DNA of 64,000 nt. Source: an uncultured delta proteobacterium. Lineage in GTDB: Bacteria > Myxococcota > Myxococcia > SLRQ01. A model generated the notes under the pieces. It was not told the DNA's origin and made no database searches. It worked only from the letters and a program-made list of their open reading frames with translations. Within the stretch, counting starts at the first letter, position 1; each line of letters begins with the position of its first letter. Shown here piece by piece: positions 1 through 9,816 of this stretch. The stretch is taken from assembly GCA_963727485.1 (NCBI GenBank), contig CAVSGM010000001.1:96001-160000 (forward strand), given 5' to 3'. The translations under genes and the position numbers were made by a program.

Positions 1-205
1 CGAAGAGCAGGGGCCATGCCAGGGCTGCCAAGGGCCCCGGCCGCGCGCCCGGAGGGGACCCGGGAGGTGCCTCTGGGCCCCGGCCGCCGCGGTCCAGGGC
101 CACGCCGCGCCGAGCGCCCCCGGGGCCGCCCTCCCCGCCGCCGGGCCCGCCGGGCCGTCCGCCCCCCGGACCTGTCGTCCGCCAGCGCGACCGGGGCGGC
201 CGCGT

Positions 206-1441
206 CTACGCCAGCCAGCCGCCGGTGAACACCAGCGCCCCCCACACCGCCATCACCACCCCCACCGCCCCCAGCACCTTGAACCACCGGTCCACCGGCC
301 GCCCCCCCATGGCCAGGAGCAGGAAGAGGAACGGGGTCCAGTCGAGGCTGAACCGGTACCCGAACTGGAACCACCCGTCGTTCTGGTAGAAGAGCGCCGG
401 GATCGCCACCGCCGCCACCGTGAGCCACAGGGCCCGGTGGAGCCGCGGCCGCCGCCTCGGCCACAGGAGCAACAGGAAGATGGGCGTGGTGACGAAGAGG
501 CTCATCCCGTTGCCGTCGAAGCCGATGCGAAACGGGTGGTGGGAGATCACCGGGAGGCGCACGAAGGCGGCCCGGAGGTTCTTCTCCAGGTAGTGGAAGC
601 TGAACAGCCCGTACTTCGAGACCCAGGCGTTCACCCGGTTGTCGTAGAGGTGGGCGTGGCCGAACGACAGGGGGCTGCCGAAGCGGGCGAAGTTCATCGC
701 CATCATCCCCGCGGCGAACACCGCCACCGGCGCCGCGAAGGCGAGGCCCTTCTTGAGCACCTCGGGGCGCCGGGGCCCCAGGAGCGCGTCCCGGTCGAGG
801 TGGCCGTCGGGGGCGACCAGCTCCATCACGAAGAAGACCACCGCGAAGGCGAGGGGGGCCCGGGTCAGCGCCGCGGCGGCGAGCGCCAGCCCCGCGAGCA
901 CCGGGTGCCGGGCCCGGTGGGCCGCCAGCAGGTAGAGGCAGGAGAAGGTCACCCCCATGGTCTCGGCGGTGAACCAGACCTCCCCGCGGATGCCCATGTA
1001 GAGGGCGAGGCTCCCCACCGCATAGAAGGCGGTGAGCCAGCGGATCTCGGTCTCGGTCCGGGTGGCGTCGCCGGTGGCGGCGTAGCGCCCCAGCACCCGG
1101 TAGAGGAGCACCACGTTGAGGGCGGCGAAGAAGAGGGTGAACAGCGTGTCGTTGAACTGGTAGCCGAAGAGCGCCACCAGCGGCAGCATCACCAGAGCCG
1201 GGAACGGCGGGAACGACACGTAGAAGCGCCCGTGGGCAAACGCCCAGTCCTCGAGGTTCGGCGGGTCGACCGGCAGCGAGAGCCGCCCGTGGAGGAACGC
1301 CTCGGCCTGGTAGATGAAGTGGGGCGCGGCGCTCTGGTGGAAGAGCCGCGGCCCGCTCAAGGCGGCGTAGACCCCGAAGGCGGCGAGGAAGAGGACGCCC
1401 TCCGTCCGGTGGGCCCGGAGGAAGGCGGCGAGGCGCGTCAT
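206..1441 (-). CDS. Multi-pass integral membrane protein, possibly GT-C-fold glycosyltransferase-like
   Basis: The real part of ORF 206..2410 starts at MTRLAAF (ATG 1441, ATGA overlap with the cinA stop). Many hydrophobic segments, plus a YVSFPPFPA loop and QFGYRF near the C-terminus. Function is inferred only. Confidence 0.6.
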   Translation of the reverse strand: MTRLAAFLRAHRTEGVLFLAAFGVYAALSGPRLFHQSAAPHFIYQAEAFLHGRLSLPVDPPNLEDWAFAHGRFYVSFPPFPALVMLPLVALFGYQFNDTLFTLFFAALNVVLLYRVLGRYAATGDATRTETEIRWLTAFYAVGSLALYMGIRGEVWFTAETMGVTFSCLYLLAAHRARHPVLAGLALAAAALTRAPLAFAVVFFVMELVAPDGHLDRDALLGPRRPEVLKKGLAFAAPVAVFAAGMMAMNFARFGSPLSFGHAHLYDNRVNAWVSKYGLFSFHYLEKNLRAAFVRLPVISHHPFRIGFDGNGMSLFVTTPIFLLLLWPRRRPRLHRALWLTVAAVAIPALFYQNDGWFQFGYRFSLDWTPFLFLLLAMGGRPVDRWFKVLGAVGVVMAVWGALVFTGGWLA

Positions 1442-2700
1442 CCCGCGTCCCCGTCGAGGCCCGCCAGCCGCCGGCGCACCAGGTCCAGGGCGAAGAACGC
1501 CGACCGCCGCCGGATCTTGTCCCGGCCCCCGGTGAAGCGCTGGTGGCTGGCGGCGGTCTCCCGGTCCCTTTCGGCGAGGGCGAAGTGGACGGTGCCCACC
1601 GGCTTGGCGTCGGTGCCACCCTCGGGGCCGGCGACGCCGGTGATGGCCACCGCGTAGTCGGCGCCGCTTCGGGCCAGCGCCCCCTCGGCCATGGCCCGGG
1701 CGCAGGCCTCGCTCACCGCGCCCTCGGCGGCGATCACCTCGGCGGGGACCCCGAGGAGCGCGGTCTTCATCTCGTTGGCGTAGGTCACCGCCGAGAGGAG
1801 CAGGTAGCGGCTGGCCCCGGGGACGTCGGTGAGCAGGGAGGCCGCCATGCCCCCGGTGCACGACTCGGCGAGCGCCAGGGTCTTGCCCGCCTCCACCAGC
1901 TTCGCCCCGAGGTGGACCGGCAGGGCCTCGGCGCCCCGGGCGAAGGCAAAGGGGGCGAGCGCCGCCTCGAGGCCGGCGGCCGCGGCCTCGCAGCGCCGCC
2001 TGGCGTCGTGGGCGCTCTCGCCCGGGACCCGGAGGCGCAGCAGGGCCTCGGGGTAGTCGAGCTGGTAGCCGAGCTCGATGCCCTGGAGGTCGACCCCGGA
2101 GGCCTCCACCGCGTCGGCGAGGCGGGACTCGGGGAGGCCGAAGGTGCGCACCGTCTCCGAGGCCCACGCGCCCTCGCCGATCCCCTCGGCGTCGATGAAG
2201 GGCAGGACCTCGGCCTCGGCCATGGCCTTGAACTCCACCGGCGGCCCCGGGAGGAAGAAGGCGGTGCAGGCGCCGATCTGGAGGGCGAAGCCCGGGGCGG
2301 TGCCCTTGGGGTTGGGGAGGATCCGCGAGCCGAGGGGCAGGCGCGCCTGCTTGAGCTGGCGGGGGGAGACGTTCATCCCCCGCTGGCGCACGGCGTCGGT
2401 GACCAGCCACCTCGCCTCGGCGCGCTGGACCACCTCGACCCCGGCGGCGATCGCCGCGGCCTCGGCGGTGAGGTCGTCGGCGGTGGGCCCCAGGCCCCCG
2501 CAGCAGACCACCACCCGGGACCGCCCCGCGGCGTCGCGGAGCACCTGGGCGATGTCGGCGCGCTCGTCGAGGACCAGGGTCTTGCGGGTGGCGAGGATCC
2601 CCCGGTCGTAGAGCCGGCCCAGGAGCCAGGCGCTGTTGGTGTCGACCACCACCCCGGAGAGGAGCTCGTTGCCGATGACGATGAGCTCGACCATGGTCAC
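1438..2700 (-). CDS. cinA: Competence/damage-inducible protein CinA (MoCF-like domain + PncC NMN deamidase)
   Basis: N-terminal IGNELLSG..DTN and GGLGPTADDLT; C-terminal LAESCTGG, GAVSEACA, ITGVAGPEGG, KPVGTV. Start is GTG 2700 or ATG 2694. Confidence 0.93.
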   Translation of the reverse strand: MTMVELIVIGNELLSGVVVDTNSAWLLGRLYDRGILATRKTLVLDERADIAQVLRDAAGRSRVVVCCGGLGPTADDLTAEAAAIAAGVEVVQRAEARWLVTDAVRQRGMNVSPRQLKQARLPLGSRILPNPKGTAPGFALQIGACTAFFLPGPPVEFKAMAEAEVLPFIDAEGIGEGAWASETVRTFGLPESRLADAVEASGVDLQGIELGYQLDYPEALLRLRVPGESAHDARRRCEAAAAGLEAALAPFAFARGAEALPVHLGAKLVEAGKTLALAESCTGGMAASLLTDVPGASRYLLLSAVTYANEMKTALLGVPAEVIAAEGAVSEACARAMAEGALARSGADYAVAITGVAGPEGGTDAKPVGTVHFALAERDRETAASHQRFTGGRDKIRRRSAFFALDLVRRRLAGLDGDAG

Positions 2701-2701
2701 C

Positions 2702-3184
2702 TTAGAGTCGGTGGATCAGGACCTGCGCCAGGTGCAGCAGGCCGCAGGCGTACCATCCGGCCACCACGTCGTCCATGGTCACCCCGAAGCCGCTTTTCAC
2801 CCGCTGGTCGAAGTACGACGCCGGCCAGGGCTTGGTGATGTCGAAGAGGCGGAAGGCGAAGAAGCCGGCGACGGCCCAGCCGACACCGTGGGGCACCAGG
2901 AGCAGGGTCCAGAAGGTGCCGGCGAGCTCGTCGATGACGATCTCCCGGGCGTCGGTGACCCCGAAGAGCGGCCCGGCGCGGTGGCCCACGTAGATGGCCA
3001 CCCCCGTGGTCGCCACGCAGATGCCGACCCACACGGGCCAGGAGACCAGGGGCCCGACGAAGAACCAGAGGATCACCCCGGGCACCGTGCCCACCGTCCC
3101 CGAGGCGATGGGGCTGTAGCCCAGCCCCCCGAGGGAGGCGAGCGCCTTCCACCCCAGGCCGCCTGGCTGGTGGCCGGGCCTCAG
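2702..3184 (-). CDS. pgpA: Phosphatidylglycerophosphatase A
   Basis: GLGYSPIASGTVGT, EIVIDELAG, FRLFDITKPWP, GVTMDDVVAG. The conserved N-terminal motif lies upstream of the ORF-track start (3094), so the start is placed at CTG 3184 (uncertain). Confidence 0.85.
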   Translation of the reverse strand: MRPGHQPGGLGWKALASLGGLGYSPIASGTVGTVPGVILWFFVGPLVSWPVWVGICVATTGVAIYVGHRAGPLFGVTDAREIVIDELAGTFWTLLLVPHGVGWAVAGFFAFRLFDITKPWPASYFDQRVKSGFGVTMDDVVAGWYACGLLHLAQVLIHRL

Positions 3185-4020
3185 GAGTAGACCTCCTCGT
3201 CCTCCTCGGCGGCGAACTGCTCCTCGTCCTCGTCACCGAGCTCGGCGCCCTCGTCTCCGGGCGGCCCGCCCCCGCCCCGGCGGCCCAGGGAGACAATCTC
3301 CTCGATGATCCCCATGACCACGTAGGCCGAGAAGTACCCCACCAGGGCGAAGCTCGCCCGCATCCGCATCGACACCGCCACCCCGGCCCCGAGGACCGCC
3401 AGGAACACCAGGGCGCTCCTCGGGGAGAAGCCCACGTCCTTGAAGGTGCGGTAGCGGACGTTGCTGACCATCAGCAGGCCCAGGATCACCACCAGCACCC
3501 CCACCCAGCCGTGGTGGATCACCGCGTGGCCGATGGCCTTGTAGTGGGCGATGACCAGCGCCACCAGCAGGCCCGCGGCGAGCGGGATGGGCAGGCCGGT
3601 GAAGAACTTGCTGACCCCGCCCTCCTCCCGGTAGGCCAGCACGTTGAACCGGGCCAGGCGCAGGGCGCCGCAGAGGGGGAACACGAAGGCCAGCGCCACC
3701 CCGGCGATGCCCAGCGGCGCGAGGCCCCACTTGTAGGCGAGCAGCCCCGGCGCGACCCCGAAGCTCACCACGTCGGCGAGCGAGTCGAGGTGCATCCCGA
3801 ACTCGCTCTGGGTCTTGGTGAGGCGCGCCACCCGGCCGTCGAAGGCGTCGAAGAAGGTGGCGAAGAAGATGAGGAGCGCGGCCTTGTAGAGCTCCTCGCC
3901 GGTGGCCTCCCCCGAGCACAGGGTGATGGCGTAGAACCCGCAGAAGATCGACGAGGTCGTGAAGAGGTTCGGAAGCACGAAGAGGAGCTTCCGGAGGTTC
4001 GTTCGCGAGCGGCGGGGCAT
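3181..4020 (-). CDS. pssA: CDP-diacylglycerol--serine O-phosphatidyltransferase
   Basis: LPNLFT, CDP-alcohol phosphotransferase motif DAFDGRVAR...G.HLDSLADVVSFG, LRLARFN, FTGLPIP, LMVS. Confidence 0.9.
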   Translation of the reverse strand: MPRRSRTNLRKLLFVLPNLFTTSSIFCGFYAITLCSGEATGEELYKAALLIFFATFFDAFDGRVARLTKTQSEFGMHLDSLADVVSFGVAPGLLAYKWGLAPLGIAGVALAFVFPLCGALRLARFNVLAYREEGGVSKFFTGLPIPLAAGLLVALVIAHYKAIGHAVIHHGWVGVLVVILGLLMVSNVRYRTFKDVGFSPRSALVFLAVLGAGVAVSMRMRASFALVGYFSAYVVMGIIEEIVSLGRRGGGGPPGDEGAELGDEDEEQFAAEEDEEVYS

Positions 4021-4092
4021 GGCGAAGGCGAGGTCCCGAGACGGCGGCAACGTAGCACGTTCCCGGCGGACTGGAAGCAGTCACCGGACGCC

Positions 4093-5283
4093 ATGACGCG
4101 GCGCGCCACCCATGATACCACTGGGGCCGCCGTGGTCATTGCGCTGCCGCTGGTCGTCGGGCTGGCCGTCCTGGCCGCCGTGGGGCTCCTGGCCCTGTGG
4201 GCGCTCTTTGCCCGGCGCCGGCTCCACCTGCGCACCGAGGCCGACGAGATCCACTTCGTCACGGCCGCCGACGGCTGGCGCCTGGCCCTGTGGCGGCTGC
4301 GGCCCCGGGACGGCGCCCCGGCCCGGCCCCCGGTGATCCTCTGCCACGGCCTGTGGGCCAACCGGTTCAACCTGGACTTCGGCCCGGGGCTCTCCCTGGC
4401 CCGGCACCTCGCCGAGCGGGGCTTCGACGTCTTCGTCCTCGAGCTGCGGGGGAGCGGGTTCTCGGCGGACCCCGGCCCCGAGGGGCCCCGGGGGAAGGCC
4501 GCCCGGGCCTACGGCTTCGACGCCCACGTGACCCTCGACGCCCCGGCGGCCCTGGCCGAGGTGCGCCGGGTCACCGGGGCCCCACGGGTGTTCTGGGTGG
4601 GCCACTCCATGGGCGGGATGCTCGGCTACGTCCTCGCCGGGGGGCCCGAGGGCGAGGCGCTCGCGGGGGTGGTGGCGGTGGGCAGCCCGGTGCGCTTCGA
4701 CGTGCAGCGCAAGGTGGTCCGGCGCCTGGGCCGGCTCCTCTCGCCCCTGGCCCGGGTGCGCACCCGGCCGGTGCAGGCGCTGATGGCCCCCCTCGCCGGG
4801 TGGGTGGCGCCGCCGGGCACGCGCCTCATCCTCAACCCCGCCAACATGGACGGGGCGGTGGTGCGCCGGGCGCTGTTCAACCTGGTCAGCGAGCTCTCGG
4901 TGGGCCACGCCGCCCAGTTCGGGGCCTGGATCCGGGCCGGGCGCTTCGAGAGCCAGGACGGGTCGGTGGACTACCGGGCCCGCCTCGCCGCCGCCACGGT
5001 GCCGGCCCTGCTCCTGGCCGGGGCCGCCGACGCCCTGGCGCCCCCGGCGGCGGTGGCGGCGGCCTACGAGGCCCTGGGGAGCCCCGACAAGACCTACGCG
5101 GTGCTGGGGACGGCCACGGGGTGCGCCGCCGACTACGGCCACGGGGACCTCCTCCTCGGCCGCCACGCCCCCGAGGAGGTCTACCCCCGCATCGCTGGGT
5201 GGCTCGAGGCCCACGCCCACGCCGACGCCGACGCCGGGGCCCGGCCGGCCCATTCCTCGACGGAAGGCCCCCCGATCGCCTAG
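4093..5283 (+). CDS. Membrane-anchored alpha/beta hydrolase (lipase/esterase-like)
   Basis: N-terminal TM helix, LCHGL oxyanion region, GHSMGG nucleophile elbow, D.LAP and YGHGDLL catalytic Asp/His. Start uncertain (4093 or 4132). Confidence 0.85.
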   Translation: MTRRATHDTTGAAVVIALPLVVGLAVLAAVGLLALWALFARRRLHLRTEADEIHFVTAADGWRLALWRLRPRDGAPARPPVILCHGLWANRFNLDFGPGLSLARHLAERGFDVFVLELRGSGFSADPGPEGPRGKAARAYGFDAHVTLDAPAALAEVRRVTGAPRVFWVGHSMGGMLGYVLAGGPEGEALAGVVAVGSPVRFDVQRKVVRRLGRLLSPLARVRTRPVQALMAPLAGWVAPPGTRLILNPANMDGAVVRRALFNLVSELSVGHAAQFGAWIRAGRFESQDGSVDYRARLAAATVPALLLAGAADALAPPAAVAAAYEALGSPDKTYAVLGTATGCAADYGHGDLLLGRHAPEEVYPRIAGWLEAHAHADADAGARPAHSSTEGPPIA

Positions 5284-5318
5284 ACTCGAAGACCGGCGTG
5301 GCGAACCGGAGCGGCCTC

Positions 5319-8300
5319 ATGTCCCACCTACTTCCGCACCCGTCGCCGGTCCCGGCGACCCCCTCGCGTCTCGGCCTGATCGTCGTGGCCGCGGGGCTCC
5401 TCCTCGCCGCCGGCTGTGGCCGGACCCTCCCGGACATCTGCCACACCGACAGCGACTGCGCCCCGGGGACCAGCTGCGTCGCCCAGCGCTGCCGCCCCGC
5501 CGGGGGCCCGGTCTGCGGCGCCGACACCGACTGCCCCGGCCAACAGATCTGCCAGGGCGGCCAGTGCGTGAGCGCGCCTTCGTGCCTGACCGACGCCGAC
5601 TGCCCCACCGGCCAGCACTGCCTCGACGGCAGCTGCGCCACCAGCTGCGCCTGCAGCGCCTCCACCGACTGCCCGGCGGGCCAGGCGTGCGACGGCTGCG
5701 CCTGCCAGCCCGCCTGCCAGGTCACCGGCTGCGACACCGGCTACACCTGCGACACCGGGAGCGGCGGCTGCGTCCCCGTGGCCTGCCCCTACGTCCCCTG
5801 CCAGCCGGGGACCACCTGCGTGAGCGGCCAGTGCGAGCCCGGCTGCCAGGTGGACAGCGACTGCCCCTGCCCCGGGGACCCGCCGGCCTGCGAGGTCTGC
5901 ATCTCCGCCCAGTGCCAGCCGAAGCCCCAGTGCACCACCGACACCCAGTGCCCGGCGGGCCAGCAGTGCGTCTCCGGCAGCTGCCTCCCCAAGGGCTGCC
6001 AGACCGACGCCGACTGCCCGGTGAGCACCGTGTGCCAGAACGGGGCCTGCGTCCCGGCGCCCACCTGCAAGACCGACGCGGACTGCGCCTCGGGGATGGT
6101 GTGCACCTACGGCCAGTGCCAGCCGCCCCAGTGCCAGGCCGACACCGACTGTCAGGCGGGCTACCACTGCAGCGGCGGCCAGTGCGTCCCGCCGCTGGCC
6201 TGCGCCACCGACAGCGACTGCACCCCCTACGGGATGGTCTGCGTCGGCGGGGTGTGCACGGTGCCCGGGGGCTGCCAGACCGACGCCGACTGCCCCACCG
6301 GCCGGGTGTGCGTCTCGGGCAAGTGCCAGTCGCCGTCGGGGACCTGCGTCAAGGACACCGACTGCCCCACCGGGCTCATCTGCCAGGCGGGGCAGTGCAC
6401 CGTGCCCCCCGAGTGCCAGGCGGACACCGACTGCAAGCCGGGCTTCGTGTGCAACTTCGGGCTCTGCGTGTTCAAGGGGTGCACCGCGGGGCTCACCTGC
6501 CCGCCGGGGACCACCTGCGATGCCGCCAGCGGCCAGTGCCGGGCCACGGGGGCCTGCGGCAACGTGATCTGCCCCCCGGGGACCACCTGCGACGCGACCA
6601 CCGGCACCTGCACCGGCGCCGCATGTGACGCCGCCGGCAGCTGCCCCCCGGGGACCCAGTGCGTCGCCGGGACCTGCGTGGCGAGCTGTAGCGTCAACGG
6701 CTGCGCCCCGGGGACCACCTGCGATCCGAAGAGCGGCGGCTGCATCCCCAACGATCCCTGCGCCACGGTCACCTGCCCCACCGGCTACACCTGCGATCCC
6801 GCCACCGGGAGCTGCGCCCTCTCCAATCCCTGCGCCGCCCTCGGGTGCCCGCCGGGGACCACCTGCGACCCGGTGCGCCTCACCTGCACCCCGAACAACC
6901 TCTGCCAGGGCGTCACCTGCCCCACCGGCCAGAGCTGCGACGCCAACACCGGGCGGTGCGTGGCCCAGAACGCCTGCGGCGGGGTGAGCTGCCCGCCCGG
7001 GGCGAGCTGCATCAACGGGGCCTGCGTCCCCGGGACCTGCGCGGGCGGCGTGCCCTGCCCGCCGGGGCAGACCTGCGACACCGCCACCGGCGCCTGCGTC
7101 ACCGTCGATGCCTGCGCGAACATCCAGTGCCCCACCGGCTACGGCTGCAGCGCCGGACGCTGCGTGCCCTCGAGCTGCCAGAGCGCCGCCGACTGCCCGC
7201 CGGGGTACTACTGCGGGGCGGGGGGGTGCCAGGCGAACCAGTGCACCTGGAACACCGACTGCCCCGCCGGCGACCTCTGCCAGGGCGGCCAGTGCGTCGC
7301 CGCCACCTGCGTCACCGACGCCGACTGCAGCGCCGGCCAGGTGTGCCAGTACGGGAGCTGCACCACCCCGAACACCAGCTGCACCCGCGACGCCCAGTGC
7401 CCCAGCGGCGACGTGTGCACCAACGGCGCCTGCGTCCCGGCGCCGAAGTGCCGCACCGGCGCCGACTGCGGGGCCAACATGGAGTGCGTGCTCGGCCAGT
7501 GCCAGCCGGCGACCTGCACCGCCTCCAGCCAGTGCTCGCCGAACTACACCTGCGTCGCCGGCCGCTGCGTGCCGCCCTTCTACTGTGGCTCCAACGCCGA
7601 CTGCCAGAAGCTCCCCGGGGGCCTGGTGTGTCAGAACGGCCAGTGCGTGCGCCCGGGCGGGTGCACCTCGAACGCCGACTGCCCCACCAACCGCACCTGC
7701 CTCTCGGGGGTCTGCGTCCCGAACACCCTGCCGCGCCAGTGCACCGTCGACACCGACTGCCGCCGCGGGCGCATCTGCCAGCTCGGGTTCTGCACCCCGG
7801 CGCCGAGGTGCTCGGTGGACGCCGACTGCGGGCCCGGCCGGGTGTGCACCGCCGGCTTCTGCCGCCGCGACCCGGGCACCTGCACCGTCGACACCGACTG
7901 CGCCGCCGGCCAGATCTGCACCAGCGGCACCTGCGGCCCGGCCCAGTGCCAGAGCAACGCCGACTGCCCCACCGGGCAGGGGTGCATCTCCGGGCGCTGC
8001 CAGTCCACCGGGTGCCTGGTGAACGCCGAGTGCTCCGACGGGCTCGCCTGCAACGGCGCCGAGCAGTGCGTCGGCGGGGTGTGCACCTCGGGCCAGCCGG
8101 TGAGCTGCAACGACGGGAACGACTGCACCGCCGACAGCTGCACCGAGCCGACCGGCGCCTGCGCCCACACCCCGGTGGCCGATGGGACGGCCTGCCAGAA
8201 CGGCGCCGGCACCTGCCAGGCGGGGGTCTGCGTGGGGGCCGGCTGCCAGAGCGCGGCCGACTGCTCCGACGGGAACGCCTGCAACGGCACCGAGCAGTGC

Positions 8301-9740
8301 GTCTCCGGGGCCTGCCAGGCGGGGACGCCGGTGAGCTGCGGCGACAACAACCCCTGCACCGCCGACCTCTGCGACCCGGCCACCGGGAGCTGCAGCCACA
8401 GCCCGCTCCCCGACGGGGCGAGCTGCGGGAGCGCCCGCATCTGCCAGGCCGGCCAGTGCGTGCCCACCGGCTGCCAGTCGAACGCCGACTGCAACGACGG
8501 GGTCGCCTGCAACGGCGTGGAGACCTGCGGGGCGAACGGCGCCTGCGTCCCCGGCACCAAGGTGAACTGCGCCACCGGCAACGCCTGCCAGGTGGGCCAG
8601 TGCACCGAGCCCGGGGGCACCTGCCAGACCACGCCCGCCGCCGACGGGACCGCCTGCGGCCCGAACGGCCAGGTGTGCATGGGCGGCCAGTGCCTCACCG
8701 TCCAGTGCCAGACCGCCGCCGACTGCTCCGACGGGAACGCCTGCAACGGCACCGAGAGCTGCGTGAACTACCAGTGCCAGCCGGGCACGCCGAGGAACTG
8801 CGACGACCTCAACCCCTGCACCGGCGACGCCTGCGACGCCGCCACCGGCGCCTGCAGCCACACGGTCATCGCCGACGGGACCCCCTGCGGGAGCGGCAAG
8901 GTGTGCCTCGCCGGGGCCTGCGAGCCGGTGCAGTGCACCTCGAGCAGCCAGTGCAACGACGGGCTCTACTGCAACGGCACCGAGAGCTGCGGCTCGGCCG
9001 GGACCTGCCAGGCCGGCACCCCGCCGAACTGCGTCGACGTGGGCCCCTGCCGCTACGCCCAGTGCGACGAGCAGGCCCGGGCCTGCAGCTACGTCACCAA
9101 GGCCGACGGGACGGCCTGCGCCGGCGGCGGCACCTGCCAGGGCGGCGTGTGCACCTACCCCGCGGGCCAGTGCCGCACCGACGCCGACTGCCCCTCGGGG
9201 CAGGTCTGCGACACCTTCACCGCCACCTGCGCCCAGCCCCCGCCCGCCTGCACCGTCGACGCCGACTGTGGCAGCGGCCAGGCCTGCGTCGGCGGGGTGT
9301 GCACCGCGGTGGTCAGCTGCCAGAGCGCCGCCGACTGCCCCGCCGGCACCACCTGCTACCCCAGCGGGGTGTGCTACCGGACGCCCCAGTGCTTCAGCGA
9401 CCTCGACTGCAACCCGGGCTTCCGCTGCGACGGGCTCTCGTGCCAGCCGGTGACCTGCACCAGCAACGCCGACTGCACCGACGGGTTCACCTGCCACGGG
9501 AGCCGGTGCCTGCCGCCGGTGTACTGCCAGACCAGCAAGGACTGCCCGGGGACCTATCTCCAGTGCGTGAACCACGTGTGCGAGAACCCCGGGGGGTGCA
9601 CCGCCGACGCCCAGTGCCCGTCGAACCAGTACTGCCTGTGGGGGGCGTGCTACTTCCTGCCGCCGACGAACTGCACCTATGACGTCGACTGCCCGTACAA
9701 CCAGGTTTGTGAGTACGGGTACTGTCAGAAGAAGCCGTAG
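5319..9740 (+). CDS. Giant (1473 aa) cysteine-rich repeat lipoprotein
   Basis: ATG 5319 preceded by GGAG; hydrophobic signal with LAAGC lipobox; dozens of C-x2-D-x-D-C-P-x-G-x2-C-x2-G-x-C, CPPGTTCD and CxDGNxC(N/T) repeats; strong G/C third-position bias. Confidence 0.88.
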   Translation: MSHLLPHPSPVPATPSRLGLIVVAAGLLLAAGCGRTLPDICHTDSDCAPGTSCVAQRCRPAGGPVCGADTDCPGQQICQGGQCVSAPSCLTDADCPTGQHCLDGSCATSCACSASTDCPAGQACDGCACQPACQVTGCDTGYTCDTGSGGCVPVACPYVPCQPGTTCVSGQCEPGCQVDSDCPCPGDPPACEVCISAQCQPKPQCTTDTQCPAGQQCVSGSCLPKGCQTDADCPVSTVCQNGACVPAPTCKTDADCASGMVCTYGQCQPPQCQADTDCQAGYHCSGGQCVPPLACATDSDCTPYGMVCVGGVCTVPGGCQTDADCPTGRVCVSGKCQSPSGTCVKDTDCPTGLICQAGQCTVPPECQADTDCKPGFVCNFGLCVFKGCTAGLTCPPGTTCDAASGQCRATGACGNVICPPGTTCDATTGTCTGAACDAAGSCPPGTQCVAGTCVASCSVNGCAPGTTCDPKSGGCIPNDPCATVTCPTGYTCDPATGSCALSNPCAALGCPPGTTCDPVRLTCTPNNLCQGVTCPTGQSCDANTGRCVAQNACGGVSCPPGASCINGACVPGTCAGGVPCPPGQTCDTATGACVTVDACANIQCPTGYGCSAGRCVPSSCQSAADCPPGYYCGAGGCQANQCTWNTDCPAGDLCQGGQCVAATCVTDADCSAGQVCQYGSCTTPNTSCTRDAQCPSGDVCTNGACVPAPKCRTGADCGANMECVLGQCQPATCTASSQCSPNYTCVAGRCVPPFYCGSNADCQKLPGGLVCQNGQCVRPGGCTSNADCPTNRTCLSGVCVPNTLPRQCTVDTDCRRGRICQLGFCTPAPRCSVDADCGPGRVCTAGFCRRDPGTCTVDTDCAAGQICTSGTCGPAQCQSNADCPTGQGCISGRCQSTGCLVNAECSDGLACNGAEQCVGGVCTSGQPVSCNDGNDCTADSCTEPTGACAHTPVADGTACQNGAGTCQAGVCVGAGCQSAADCSDGNACNGTEQCVSGACQAGTPVSCGDNNPCTADLCDPATGSCSHSPLPDGASCGSARICQAGQCVPTGCQSNADCNDGVACNGVETCGANGACVPGTKVNCATGNACQVGQCTEPGGTCQTTPAADGTACGPNGQVCMGGQCLTVQCQTAADCSDGNACNGTESCVNYQCQPGTPRNCDDLNPCTGDACDAATGACSHTVIADGTPCGSGKVCLAGACEPVQCTSSSQCNDGLYCNGTESCGSAGTCQAGTPPNCVDVGPCRYAQCDEQARACSYVTKADGTACAGGGTCQGGVCTYPAGQCRTDADCPSGQVCDTFTATCAQPPPACTVDADCGSGQACVGGVCTAVVSCQSAADCPAGTTCYPSGVCYRTPQCFSDLDCNPGFRCDGLSCQPVTCTSNADCTDGFTCHGSRCLPPVYCQTSKDCPGTYLQCVNHVCENPGGCTADAQCPSNQYCLWGACYFLPPTNCTYDVDCPYNQVCEYGYCQKKP

Positions 9741-9816
9741 CGCCGGCGACGCCGGGGCCGACGCAGAAGCACGGGGTGGGGCACCCGGCGGGATCGACGC
9801 ATCAGATCCCCCCGGA

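Noticed and set aside
1..205. ORF 16..228, or the start of a minus-strand gene running off the window
   Set aside because: Low-complexity Arg/Pro translation and too little sequence to support a call.
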